Part shown: piece by piece, positions 12,826-26,044 of the stretch
How positions within the stretch are numbered: the stretch's first letter is position 1
Layout: every line of letters starts with the position of its first letter
Source of the DNA: Azolla caroliniana
Lineage: Eukaryota; Plantae; Polypodiophyta
Length of the DNA stretch: 64,000 bases
NCBI GenBank assembly: GCA_043228905.1
Contig: JBHGNT010000001.1
Span: 22,816,001-22,880,000 of the forward strand
Direction: 5' to 3'
Translations under genes and position numbers: made by a program
Notes under the pieces: model-generated
The model's database searches: none
Seen by the model: the letters and a program-made list of their open reading frames with translations, nothing else
What the model was told of the DNA's origin: nothing

Positions 12826-13402
12826 TGTTGGGAAATTTGGTCCCTCTGAATGGGAGCAACACAAGTTGGAGAGAAGGGTCTGAATCAATTGATAGCCAAT
12901 TTGGCCGAGGCCGAAAAATCGACTAGCCCATAACCGATCAATAACCGATTCGGCTAATAGCCGAATCGACCGAAGCCGACTGGACTATATTTGTAAATAG
13001 CCTAGATGTACCCATTATGACTATATTTGTAAATAGCCCATATTGTATATGAGTATAAATATAGTTAGGGCAAGTAGTTAAAGACGCAATAGAGTTAGTT
13101 ACCATTGTATTGTGTGTGGTTGCCTTTGTAACTTGAGGGGGTGAGAGTGTGAGTATCTCTATAGCCATATGTGGACGACAAAGAGCTGAAGGTTGAAACC
13201 TTGAAGCTTCTAGTTGTGATCCTCCCACTATAGTGATTCTGTTTGGAGTTTGTGGACTCCCATGGTTTTTCCCATTTTAGGGTTTCCACGTAAACATCCC
13301 GTGTCCTCTTGTTTGTGTATTTGTTTTTCTTGTTGTCTCAATTTTATTGTGTCTTTCTCGTCTATCCTTGGCAATCGGTTGTGGCCGATCTCATATTCAA
13401 CA
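12826..13402 (+). mobile_element. Solo LTR, Copia (Tork/Tnt1-like)
   Basis: TGTTG...CAACA termini; flanks ATATG/ATATA (4/5 TSD); shares the GGTTTTTCCC..GGGTTT.CCACGT motif with the LTRs of the 51406-57293 element. Confidence 0.75.
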
Positions 13403-14307
13403 ATATATTGTAAGAGAATAAAAGGAATCTAATATTAGCGCCAAATAATTTATTTTGAAAGGGAATGTTTTGATCTTCGACCGATTACATATTGTTGGCA
13501 CAATGGCAAGTATCACATGGGAAAATGATTTTAAGAAATGGACAAAGGTTACGTCCATGGTTGATATGATCACATAATTGTAATATAAATGAAAATAACA
13601 AAATATTACACGATTGTGTAGTGAATGACATATAATTCTTGATGGTTTGCTCCCATGATCCAAAATCCCAATCAACAAGCTGAAATTTGTTTCAAATTAC
13701 TATAATTGATCAAGAGCACCATTTCGTCAAACACAATGATGCTAAGCAAATCACTCCTTAACGGGGGCATGCATGAACCAATTTGATACGTAGAAATCTA
13801 ATAGAGAGATATTTTGAAAGTCTTTATATTGCTCATCCAATTTAACAAGTTACAAAACCAAATCTCAACCATTATAATGTCTATGACAAAGTCAATTGTA
13901 TGGGATAGAAGATGAAACAGGCGTACAAGGTTTTGTAGAAGGCTCACGACATCTACAAATGAAGGACGAGCGAGAAGATAGAATTAACAAAGCATAAGAA
14001 GTTCGATTGAGGATATGGACATCCAGAAATTGACGTGCCTGGATCTATGTCCAGGAAATGCAAAAAGGACATTGGAAAAAGAAAAGAAAAAGCCGACTCC
14101 TCTTGCCCTCAGCCCATAAACCAAACAAATTGGCGCATGTATCGACAAGGTTCAGGAACGAGCATGACACAACAACAATAATTGACGAGACAATAGTAGA
14201 ACATGTGTGGGAGATGCAGTAAAAAAGAAAGACGACACAAACTGAAGGAAGCGAATGGAAAGGATGGGGTGAGAGATGGGAACAGAGCTGGAGTGGTATG
14301 CGTGTAC

Positions 14308-14530
14308 TCTCTCACACACACACACACACACACACTCTCTCTCTCTCTCTTTCCCTTTCCGACAAACACAATGTTCACGTGAACACCGTAACAAATGGGG
14401 GCTACAAATTTATTATATGTGTGTGTGTGTTTCTCTTTGTCTCATATGTATTTACTATTACCTCTCTGTCAATCTATGTATAATATGTACATACATACAT
14501 ACATACATATCCCATTGATGTGGTAAAAAG

Positions 14531-14603
<73 letters not shown>

Positions 14604-14606
14604 CTC
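14308..14606. repeat. (CA)n/(CT)n microsatellite cluster upstream of the TM9 gene
   Basis: Two compound CA-CT runs at ~14308-14350 and ~14538-14606; (GAA)n follows at 14815-14848. Confidence 0.9.
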
Positions 14607-14897
14607 TGTTTCTCGTCTTCATTTTTATTTATTATGGAATGAATGAATGGATTCTCTCACTCCTCTCAAAGTCCAAACTCTAAAGTCTAAGTTCTAACAA
14701 AGAAACAGAGGAGAGTATGTATGTATGTAGATAAGTCATATTCTTTCACTGAGAGTTTATGAGCCATGGCGAGGGGGATCTAAAGACTGACTTTGGGGAC
14801 GCAATAACTCTCCAGAAGAAGAAGAAGAAGAAGAAGAAGAAGAAGAAGAGGTAGAAGGACAGAAAGGAGAGGAAACTAGAAAGAGGAGGAGGGAGAC

Positions 14898-17800
14898 ATG
14901 GGCGTCTTTGCTTCGTTCTTCATCTTCATCTTCATCTTCGCCTTGTCTCTGCTCATCGCTGTCAGAACTTCGCATGCCAGTGAGGCTGATCATAAGTATG
15001 CTCCTGGAGATCTTGTCCCTCTCTATGCCAACAAGGTGGGCCCTTTCCAGAACCCCAGGTACGTAACCATTACCATCTTTTCCTCTTCAATTATGATAAT
15101 CATCATCTTTATTATTTCCCTACCTCTTCCTCTTGAGCCCCATGCAGCCTCCTCAATAGAAGCATTTAGCTTGCTTTGCGTATATCCTGCTTTTGCTTTG
15201 TGTTTTCAATCTATGGTTTAAATTAATTAGCCTTTCTTTGCTGTCTATGCTCGTTTCTTCTTGGAAGTAAGTGGTCATCATCACCTTAAATGTTGCTTGT
15301 TTAGAATTCTTTTGAATCCATGTGTGAATACTTGTAGATCCAACATTTGGGTGCTTTTGGATCCATACGGAAATCCTTGTGGTTTGGTATATGAATGCCC
15401 ATTTTAGATTTATGTACGCTTGCTCTTTTAGCTTCATGTATGGCTGATGGTTTAGATCCAGATGTGAATGCTCTTTGAGCTGCATATATGACTTCTTTTG
15501 TATCCATGTGTAATGTGGTAGATTCATGTGTGAATGCTTGTATAGATGCTTTTTAAGATTCACGATGCATGTTTTTCATCCATGTGTGAATGCTCGTTGA
15601 TCCATGCGTAAATGTTGTAGATTCATGTGTGGATGCTCTTTACTATTCATATATGGATGCTTTTGGATCCATGTTTAATGTTTTTTATATACACATGGAA
15701 TGCTTGCATGCATATTCATGTGTGAATGTGCTTTTAGAGCCATGAATGAATAATTGTTTGGATCCTGGGTTTTGATGTTGTTTTGTGTCCTCAGAACATT
15801 TCCATACACTTGAAATTTTTCATCATTTGAGATAGCTGTGTTGCACTGTCAGCGCATTTCGTACTCTTAGATTATCATTTTACACTTGAGAATTTTGTGA
15901 AGGCTCTTCCTTCATACTCTTAAATACAAACTGTAAACTTTCAGGTTTTTCGTGCTCTTAAATAATATATTTACCCTCTGGATTTTTCATGCTCAATGAT
16001 GTTCGCCTTAAATGGAAGGTTTCGGAAGCTGTTCATGCTTATAGATCTTTTCATTACGCTTGAGATTTTTGGGTTTTTGGTCTTTCATCATTAAGTTCAA
16101 GTTTACTCCTGAACTTTTTGAGGTTGTTCATGCACTTAGATTATTAAGCTTTAAGCCTCCTATTCAAAGACCACTGTCTGGTGCAATGCAGCATGATGAA
16201 TTACACTAAATGGCCATTTAACCTTACTAAAGCTCTTAATGGTGAAGTTAAGTTATGCAATGCGTATGATAAATCTTGTTTTCTTTTTTGATGCCTTAAT
16301 GCAGTGAAACGTACAGATACTTTGATCTTCCATTTTGTACAACAGGTACACATTTCAATTCTTCTGATACATTGTTTGTATGAACACATTATCTTGATTA
16401 GAAGTCATTGTTAAGCCAGAAATAAGATATTCATGTCAAAAATGGCCACAACATTTTAGTCCCCAAATTGCTGAATCTTTCTGTTATTAATCACAAACAC
16501 TTCTTTGATTGTAGATCAACTTACAGAAAAGAAAGAGTATCTTGGAGAGGTTCTTAATGGAGACCGCATGGTTCAAGCTATGTATCAGTTGAACTTTAGA
16601 GAAGACAAAAAAATGGAATCTCTTTGCAAAAAAACTCTTTCCAAGGAAGATGTAGTAACTTTCAGAGAAGCGGTAAAGAACGATTATTACTTCCAAATGT
16701 ATTATGATGACTTGCCTATTTGGGGTTTTGTGGGTAAAGTAGATGAACATGAGATGAAGTACCTTCTCTATACACATGTTCATTTTGAAGTCTTGTACAA
16801 CGATGATCAAGTAATAGAAGTTAGTGTAGCTACTGATGGACAGTTTGCTGTTGATATAACTGATGATAAAGAGATAGAGGTTGAGTTTCAGTATTCGATT
16901 AGGTGGAAAGAGACAGATACGACCTTTGACAAACGAATGGAGAAGTACTCCAAGTATTCTTTCCTTCCTCAGCATCTAGAGATCCACTGGTTCTCTATTG
17001 TCAACTCTTGTGTTACAGTACTTCTTCTGACGGGATTCCTTGCAACCATTTTGATGCGGGTGCTGAAAAACGATTTCATAAAGTAAGGGTCCTTGTGGAT
17101 TCGTATTTTCTGAGACAGACATTTACTTTATTTCGAGGTGTAATAGAGTGCTCATCTTCTATGAAGGTATTCCCATGATGAGGAGGCGGCTGAGGATCAA
17201 GAGGAAACTGGATGGAAATATATTCATGGAGATGTGTTTCGATATCCAACTCACAAGTCTCTCTTTTGTGCTGTGTTAGGAAGTGGTTCTCAGCTATTTG
17301 CCATGTGAGTTTCTTAAACTTCGTGAGCAATTTAGTACTTAGCATTGAACTGTTAGTACTTGGTATTTAGTATTTAGGCTTGTTATTTAGTATCTAATAT
17401 TTAATATCTAGTATTTAGCATTTCCAAAGCTAAATAGTATTTAGGATCTAGCATTTAGTAATTTAGTACTTAGTATTTTAGTGTTTAGAATTCATTGAAA
17501 GTAACTTTATATTCTACAAATTTTGTCTGTATTGCAGAACAATTTTTATATTCATGCTGGCCCTAGTTGGTGTTTTTTATCCTTACAACAGAGGTGCACT
17601 GTATACTGCGCTTGTGGTTATATATGCTCTCACATCTGGCATTGCAGGTTATTATTCAGCTTCTTACTACAAACAGTTTGATGGAGTCTACTGGGTGAGT
17701 ATTTCTACTATCTAGTGATGTATTTTGTAGTATTTCTGAAACCTGTGGATTAATATTAAGGGTTAAATCACATCTTTTTCAAAAATGCAAATGTCAATTG

Positions 17801-19912
17801 ATGACTTTCAAAAATGTCTGTCAAACAAATTAATTTTGGAGAAAATTGGTGCCAAATTGACAATTTTTGGAAAACAAAAGTCAAAATGAAAATTCATGCA
17901 ATGTTGCAAAACGAGAATTTATGAAAAAGTATATGCCAAATAGATCAATCTGGAAAAAATTGAATAAATGTCGAATATGTCATTTTTTGAAAATAAGAAA
18001 TTTATTTTAAATATATTAACTTTTGAACAAATGAATAATGATTTCGAATACATCCATTTTTTGAAAAGAGGAAATTTATTTCTAATATATTTAGTTTTGA
18101 AAAAGTGAGTATATCAAATTGATAATATGTGAGAAAATGTGTGTCAAAAATTTGTTTGTCTTTTGAATGTTTGTATGTCAAATAGATTGTTTTGAGAATG
18201 TGTCAAAAATTTGATGGCTTTTTTGAAAGTATATATGTCAAATTGATCGTTTCCAAAAAAGTTTTTCAAACTAGATAAAATCTTTGAAAAAACAATATGT
18301 GAAATAGATAAATCTTAAATAGTGTTTTGAATGCATATATGGATATATAAGTGATTTGTTAATTTTTGAAAACGTAACTTTGTCTACATATATATACAGG
18401 TGCGCAATTTGCTACTCACAAGTTGCTTATTTTGTGGACCCTTGTTCTTGACATTTAGTTTCTTAAACACGGTAGCAATTGCATACAATTCGACTGCTGC
18501 TCTTCCTTTTGGCACCATTGTTGTTATTATTCTTATATGGGCATTGGTCACATCACCACTCCTCGTATTAGGAGGAATTGCAGGAAATAACAGCAAGTCC
18601 GAGTTTCAGGCTCCTTGTCGAACCACAAAATTTCCGAGAGAAATTCCTGAGCTTCCTTGGTATAGAGGAACAATCCCACAAATGATGATGGCTGGATTCT
18701 TGCCATTCAGTGCGATTTATATCGAGCTTTACTATATATTTGCGAGTGTCTGGGGTCACAAAGTATACACCATATACAGCATACTTTTCATTGTCTTTAT
18801 CATTTTGATCATTGTGACAGCCTTCATAACCATAGCCTTGACATATTTCCAACTAGCTGTGGAGGATCATGAGTGGTGGTGGAGGTAAGAAAAGAGTTGT
18901 TCTATTTGAAGTTCAGTATTTACAATCCTTACTTGTGATTTGTCTTTAGTATTAAAATTTCTCTTTCGTAACCTTATTAAATGTTCTTCGATCTATCTTT
19001 TTTTCTTTGTATTCTTGCGTATTATCTTGTCAAGTTCATCCCATTGCGTTTTTTCTTCTTCTTTCTCCTACTATTGAGGACCAATTGGATGAGTGTTTTT
19101 TGTGATTCTTTTTTCTTGTTCTTGTGAAGGTAAATTTCAGATATAAAAACTTTTCTGCTTCAAACTGTTTAGCTTAGGAAGAACAATGATCAAATTAATG
19201 TCTAATTTTAATAATATAACATCAAAAACCTGTGCCAGTGCATGTTGGTGAAGGCCGGGGGGAGGGGGAGAGAGAGAAAGAGGTCACCTTTTAAGTGGGT
19301 TTTCATTGATGGTGCTAGAGCTCTACCCACCTCATCATTGCAGGTGGTGTTTGACTACTGTAGGTATTGGGGATGTGGTTTAACTGAACCATGACAGATG
19401 AGTTCTTGTTTGATGGACTTTGTGGGGTACCACAACACCGTAGGCTGAAAGGAAAGTTGATTTGGCAATTTATGGAGATATTGTCCCAAGATGAGGTAGA
19501 TTTATGTCATCTAGTATTACAGCACTTGAGAGGGTTTACCTTGCCATATCGCTACTAATGAAGGAGTGGAGATAGCAAGGTTGTATTATCATCTTGTTTT
19601 AATAATAAACATGGATTTACAAGAGATAGAGAGAGAGAGAGAGAGAGAGATTATTCAAGCATATTTCTTTGTGTTTTTTCCTTTTACTGTAGGTCGGTCT
19701 TATGTGGAGGTTCAACTGGTTTATTTGTGCTGGGATACTGTTTTTACTATTACTTTGCGCGATCAGATATGACCGGGTTCATGCAAACATCCTTCTATTT
19801 CGGATACATGACATGCATATGTTATGGATTTTTTCTTATGCTCGGGACAGTGGGATTTAGAGCTTCTTTGCTCTTCGTTCGCCATATCTATAGATCGATA
19901 AAATGCGAATGA
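14898..19912 (+). CDS. Transmembrane 9 superfamily / endomembrane protein 70 (TMN2/3/4-like); exons 14898-15058, 16305-16345, 16515-17082, 17167-17304, 17538-17694, 18400-18884, 19693-19912
   Basis: Signal peptide; [59 protein letters not shown] and C-terminal YRSIKCE (KxD/E Golgi motif). All introns GT-AG with phases that keep the frame. Confidence 0.95.
15290..15765. repeat. Degenerate minisatellite in TM9 intron 1
   Basis: Repeated variants of GATCCATGTGTGAATGCTTTT. Confidence 0.6.
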
Positions 19913-21221
19913 AATGATTATTTATCTGTCTAATTATCTACCTATATAGTCTCTGAAGCTCAAATCATATACAGATCTACTTCTGGTTAGAAATTGTATT
20001 TTCCAGTCAAACATATACAAATCTATCTGGTTAGAAATTGTATTTTTCGTTGAAAATGTCATGATGCATCATGCAATTCTTAATTCTGGATTGTGCTCCA
20101 CATTCTTGCATTGTGACATCATTACATTCTGACATAAGTGGTAAAAATATTTCTTTTGGAGGATGGGATGCACATACACGTGTAACAAGGACAATTGATT
20201 GAATGAGAGCTATAAATTTCGATAGATTCACTATATGATATCCATAAGTGACAACAAATGGAAATTCATACAAGCTTCAGTGGAGCGATTAACTTTGAGA
20301 TTAGTTTTACGGAATTGTTCCGATTATTTTGTAGGGATTGTGTTTGAAGACAACAATACTGTGTTCTAAATGATGATATGCTGTAATACCAACCCCTCTA
20401 ATATGGAAGGACTACATTTACTATAATACTAACCTCTTATCAAAATTCACTCCTTGATTTGAACATTTGACCATGTGATCTTCAAATTCACTTTTAACAA
20501 TCTTCTTTGAGTGATTACAAAACGTAGATAGACATGTTGAAGAAAATTGCACAAATTCACTCGATCTGACTATGTGATCTTCAAATGGTGTTCGCAAATA
20601 TCATATGCACCTAGGGTGAGTTACAAAGTTGAAAATTAGTGGTAGGTGCATTCTGATATGATCTTCTGAAATTCAAAACAAGTGCTTTGATGGTGCAATG
20701 TTTATTGAATGACAAGAGCCTATATACTTGTATCCATGACCTAAGGAACAATTTGTCCATGTCAATCTAGATCGTCCTTATGCAAATATCCTACATAATT
20801 GGAAACTAAGTATGATTTATGTGTCAACATCAATGATTAGGTGCTTGGATGTAAAACTCGTTTTTTCATTTTATGTATTTGCTTGCATAAGTGCCACTTA
20901 TGGACATGTAATCAATCCCTTATTGTATTCAATTGAAGAAACATGTGCTATCAAGGATCCCATATTTTCTTACTTTTTTCTTGCAATATTAATTGCCTTC
21001 CATCTCTCTTTTTGCATTCTCTTTCTTTTTAGGTTTTGAATATATATATTGAAATAAGTTTACAAAAAAAAAGGTTTGGTACAAATGAAAATCGTAAAGT
21101 AGGGCCAAATACTTGTTTGATTCATCACACATATTCAATGAGAGTTTGTATAGGTTTTTGTATTATCAAGAACATAAAATAATAAATAAAACAGAATATT
21201 AAAACAATTACGTATGTGTGC

Positions 21222-21293
21222 GCCTCTATAGCTCAGTGGTAGAGCGTCAGTCTTGTAAACTGAAGGTCTTGAGTTCGATCCTCAGTGGGGGCA
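21222..21293 (+). tRNA. tRNA-Thr(TGT)
   Basis: 72-nt cloverleaf: acceptor GCCTCTA/TGGGGGC, D-arm GCTC-AGTGGTA-GAGC, anticodon arm TCAGT-CTTGTAA-ACTGA, T-loop TTCGATC; T5 Pol III terminator at 21302-21306. Confidence 0.95.
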
Positions 21294-24200
21294 CGATGAT
21301 ATTTTTAAACCTTCGGTCATTTTCCTCTTAACTCTCCATTATTGGAAGTTTCACGAATTATCACTCTTATTTCCTTTTTCGCAACAAACTTGCCGACATT
21401 GTAAATGTCGAGAATGTTAAAGTTTGGAAAGTGAATTGGTGCCCTTGTTCATTTCTTTAACAGACAAACCCTTCTCCTCTTCTTTCTCCTTGGCATGTGA
21501 TGGTGATAAATTAACCCAATTTGCATTGTAGATCTAGTTTATATGCATTTGGCTAGAGACGCTAAGGATCTACCCTCAATCCTTTTAGGGGGTGGAGTCT
21601 AGTAGAACATGTAGCGTCATTGGCTAACACCTTATCTATTTGGCCATGGGATTGATCATGTTTAAGTTTATGATGACACCATATTATCAATGTTTCCACA
21701 TGGCAACTACCATTATGTGGAGTGAACAAATTGAAACGGGATTCATAAATTTGGATTGGTTGGGTTTGCTAATAAAAATATTGAGGAAATGAGTGAGCTT
21801 GTCCATACCTTAAAAAAGTTCAAGTACATCTCTCACTTGACATGCTGATACTATGCACAAAATTACAAATTAAACTTATCGTGCCAATCATCCACATAAA
21901 AAGTGAAATTCTACACAAGATCCAATAATATTCTAGTTTACCTAGGTTGATTAAAACAAAGAACCAATATTCATTAGTAGGCTATGGAAGTTTCATTCAA
22001 TCATATCTCTGAAATCATGAATCCATAATGTCATTGGCTAGTTAATATCCACTTCTCACCAAAATGGATGAACTTAACAATCTTGGTTGATCTTGGTATG
22101 GAAGTTTCATTCAATCATACTTGATCTTGGTAACTAGGGTTGAACTTAAGAATCTATTTTCAAATACAAACATGATAACATCTATGCATATGGCCAATGT
22201 TAGTTACTAAATATTTGTTTCCTAGGAAACTGCATTTTTGTAAGGTAAGTGAACTTTTCTAGCCTCCCAAATCTATTTCTAGAACTAATAAGTTACTTGT
22301 AGAAGTTTTCAGCACTATTCATATACCTAGGCCATTTTGACACCTTGGCTCAATGCAATACATTTTTCTCCACAAAAAAATGAGCAACTAGAGTTTGTAA
22401 GTCAAAAAGCAATTTTATGAAAATGAAAATTAATGAAGCATCATCTCATATAGGCCACATAAAATCTCACAATACCTATCTCGTTTGGTTTTGAGCTATT
22501 TTGTGGGTTAAATGAAGCATGATCTATGTGAATTTGACCAATAGTGATATGGCAATGTAGTTAGAATATTTGCTACCATTGCACCATCGAGTAATCTACC
22601 ATTTCCATGTTCCGAATGGAAACCACGCGTATATTTCAATGGCTTGAACTCCTATATAGGATACTTAGGCTTAAGAAATCCCAATTGGTTGGTAACAAGG
22701 TTAAGGTTGGATGTACCAACTCTAATCCCTCGACTATTGTTGAGTATTGCTACGTTACTTCAATGTGCCACTACATGATGTGGAGATCTTATCAGTATTT
22801 GGTAGGGAATACATCATGGATGTTTCACCATGCCTACCAACCTGATTCTTCTAGTCTATCTTGATGGAGACAAGATCAAATGGTTGTTTATGTGCCACTA
22901 TCTTTAGAGGCCCAAATTGAACCTAGTTTTCTTGACGTTTTCACGCACAAATCTATTTCTATTGATTTTACCCCTTTTTTTTTCCCATAAAACATCTTCT
23001 TCATTAGTAGAAATTTGATTTTACCCTGTTAAAACCGAGGATCTTGTTTAACTCTTAAGTTAGTTGGATTTTTTATTTATTGAGACAAGAACATAGCCTA
23101 AAGATTGTTTCAACTCATGTACAAACAATGGTAGCATGTACATTTCATATCCTTCTAGTCCCTCCCTCTCTCCCCCTGTCAACAATGACATAGCACACAA
23201 TGTCATAAAATTGAGAGAACCTAAGTTCCAACTAGGCACCTCCTACCAAGTTATTGACTTAGAAACAAGTGTCCAACCTATATAGATACTAATACTATAG
23301 AGAGTCTATAAATACATTACACCCAGGGGCTTCACTGTCAAAACTTGTATGATAGCATGTGAGTTCATAAAAAGGGGTTTAAATTAATCAGTGAGATACA
23401 GTATATATATATATATATATATATATAGATAGATAGATATATATATAAGGGTATTAATAAATAGGGAAAAGTACCAGGATACCCCTGGAAGTTCGTTTAT
23501 TTACCAGAATACCCCTGAAAGTTCCAAATTTATGAAAGGGAAAAGTACCAAGATACCCTTGGAAGTTCGCCTATTTACCAGAATGCCCCTAGAAGTTCTA
23601 AATTTACCAAACTACCCCTATGTCCAAAAAAATACACTTTATAAAGTAATTATACACTCAAATGTACAAGCCCTATTTACCAAAATACCCTTCAAACATA
23701 AATTTCTTTACTTAAACAACAATGTGTGAATACATTCAGAAAGATCCTACGTTAACTATTGTTTTCTGTATCTTCTCATTTTCAATGGCTAAGCCAATAC
23801 AAGTCATTAGATCGTGACAATGATGGTAGAGATCATTCGAAAAGGTATTATGTGGTCACCAGCTTTGGCACATTTGCTACTATCATGACTATGTTACATG
23901 TTACAAATCAGACCACATTAGCGATTAATTGCAATAGAATTTCTTCATAGTCACGAGCATAAGCAATTCCACAACTGTTAACCCCGTATTGCTGCTGGGG
24001 ACACCTGAGCTCTCTAGTAGTGATGAGCATGGCAAGGTGGCCCAAAGAAAGCATCAAAATCTGGCACAAGAAAGAACGCATGGGATCTCATCCGCTGCGC
24101 GGATTTATTAGGCATACTCAAAGTTGTTGGGGCATGACCACATCCATAGCTCAACAGAGTAAGAAGCCCCCTCCTGTCTCCTTCTTCATTCATTCATTCA

Positions 24201-25312
24201 TTCATTCTTTCTTTCTTTCTTCATTGATTTGATTAATCCATCTTGGCTCCAGGCATGTTCGCCATACATTCAAAAAATCAAGGGGCGGGCAGGATCAGTG
24301 ACCATGCCATCCCGCCACCGCCTGCCGCCGATGGTGATGATGGTCGCCATCACCATCGCCATGGTCTTCATGGTTAACCCCTCCCTCTGCGCCTACCAGA
24401 ACGTCACCACCCTCCTCCGAAACCACCCTACCTGCAGGTCCTTCAACACCCTGCTCTCCAGTTATGGCGTCGCCTCTGCCATCAATAACCGCACCACAAT
24501 CACTGTGCTCTGCCCCCCAATGCTGCCACTGATGCCTTCTTCTCCGCCTCCTACCACTCCGACGACCGTCGGATCATCTTCAACGTCCTAAGCTTCCATG
24601 TCCTACTCGATTACTCTGATCCCTCTCTGATGGCTCTGCAATCATTACCACACTCTTCCATAGCACGGGCCTCTCAGTCGGACTCAATGGTTTCCTCAAC
24701 GGTTTCCTCAACCCTAAGTAATGGAACCATGCTCCTCCGCTCTGCATCTGCCCCTCCTGGATCTCCCTCATTGACTTTTGTGTTGGGCTCTCTGGAGAGC
24801 TTCCCTTTCAACATAAGCATACTCTCCATCTCTATTGTGCTTACGCCCACGGGAGCTTCCCTTCCACTACCATCGCCAGTCAATGTCACAGACGTCCTTA
24901 CTCGATCAAGGGCAGGGAATTTCTCCATCTTTGTCTCGTTGCTAGTATCATCTAGGGTTGATAAAATCTTTCAATCCCATGATTCATCACCAGGATTGAC
25001 AATCTTCGCACCCACCAACAGTACATTCGATCACATGTCTAGATCGATGGTGTATGCCAGCCTCTCCATGGCTCAAAGGGTCTCGCTTCTCGAGTTCCAT
25101 GGGATTGCTTCGTTTTTCCCCACGCAAGAGTTGTTGGTCTGGAAAATATTAAGCAAAAATTAATATATTAATATATATTAATAGTTAGTACTTCTAATGA
25201 ATACGGTTCCTTCATGAGAAGGAAACCGTAAGTGTATTGGTGGTGGTCTATATAAAGCAACTACCAACATTGTAACTATTTAGGGCATTTTTCTATAATA
25301 AAACATTTCTTT

Positions 25313-25349
<37 letters not shown>

Positions 25350-25350
<1 letters not shown>

Positions 25351-25732
25351 ATACCGTTATCTGCCATTCGAACCATTGCTTCCATGCGACTTAGCTCACA
25401 TGCATTGCGATGTCAAACAGGGGGTTGGGGTACAAGTGATGAGAGTGGTCGGCTATGCACACTTTGCCCTAAACAAGTTTGCGAGTCTGAGTATCACACT
25501 TTGATACAATGCTCTGCCTTTGATCATATTCGACCATGCTTTCCACATCTCTTCGATCGAGCCCAATCTTTGCATGAATTCCTCTCACAACCACAATGTG
25601 CACTCTTGATTGCAACATTCATTGGTAAAGTTCTTGAACATCGAGAGTCACTACTCACTTTCACATGTATTACGTGAAATGTAATATTTTTGGTCTCATA
25701 GGTCATATTTGACCTCCAAAGACGATAATATA

Positions 25733-25768
<36 letters not shown>
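25350..25768 (+). mobile_element. 5'-truncated LINE 3' end with (ATCT)n tail, inserted in the (CT)n tract of the Copia 5' LTR
   Basis: Absent from the 3' LTR; encodes RLSSHALRCQTG...RLCTLC...ESEYHTLIQC, the C-terminal zinc motif of L2/RTEX-type ORF2. Confidence 0.8.
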
Positions 25769-26044
25769 CCTCTCTTTCTCTTCTTTCCAAACATGGTATC
25801 AGAGCCAAATGACCTAATAGCCTTATAGCCTATGCCTTTCTAAAATTACAAAACACATGCCCTTACCATAATTTAACTTTCATGCCCATACAAAAATAAT
25901 TATATTCATAGTGTCCAAGATCATCAAATAACAAACGACAATTTTGTGTTTGCCGTGTGCTGATCCGGACAACCCTCTGCAATAATGGCACAATCTATGC
26001 CGTCGTCGCAACTCAACATGTGAAAATTCACGATCGAGAAATTA

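Noticed and set aside
17758-18340. AT-rich repetitive block in TM9 intron 5, possible MITE
   Set aside because: No convincing TIR pair or TSD found by eye.
20400-23200. Short ORFs and a 22-bp direct repeat (~21983/22098) around the tRNA
   Set aside because: Probably old decayed repeats; nothing assignable.
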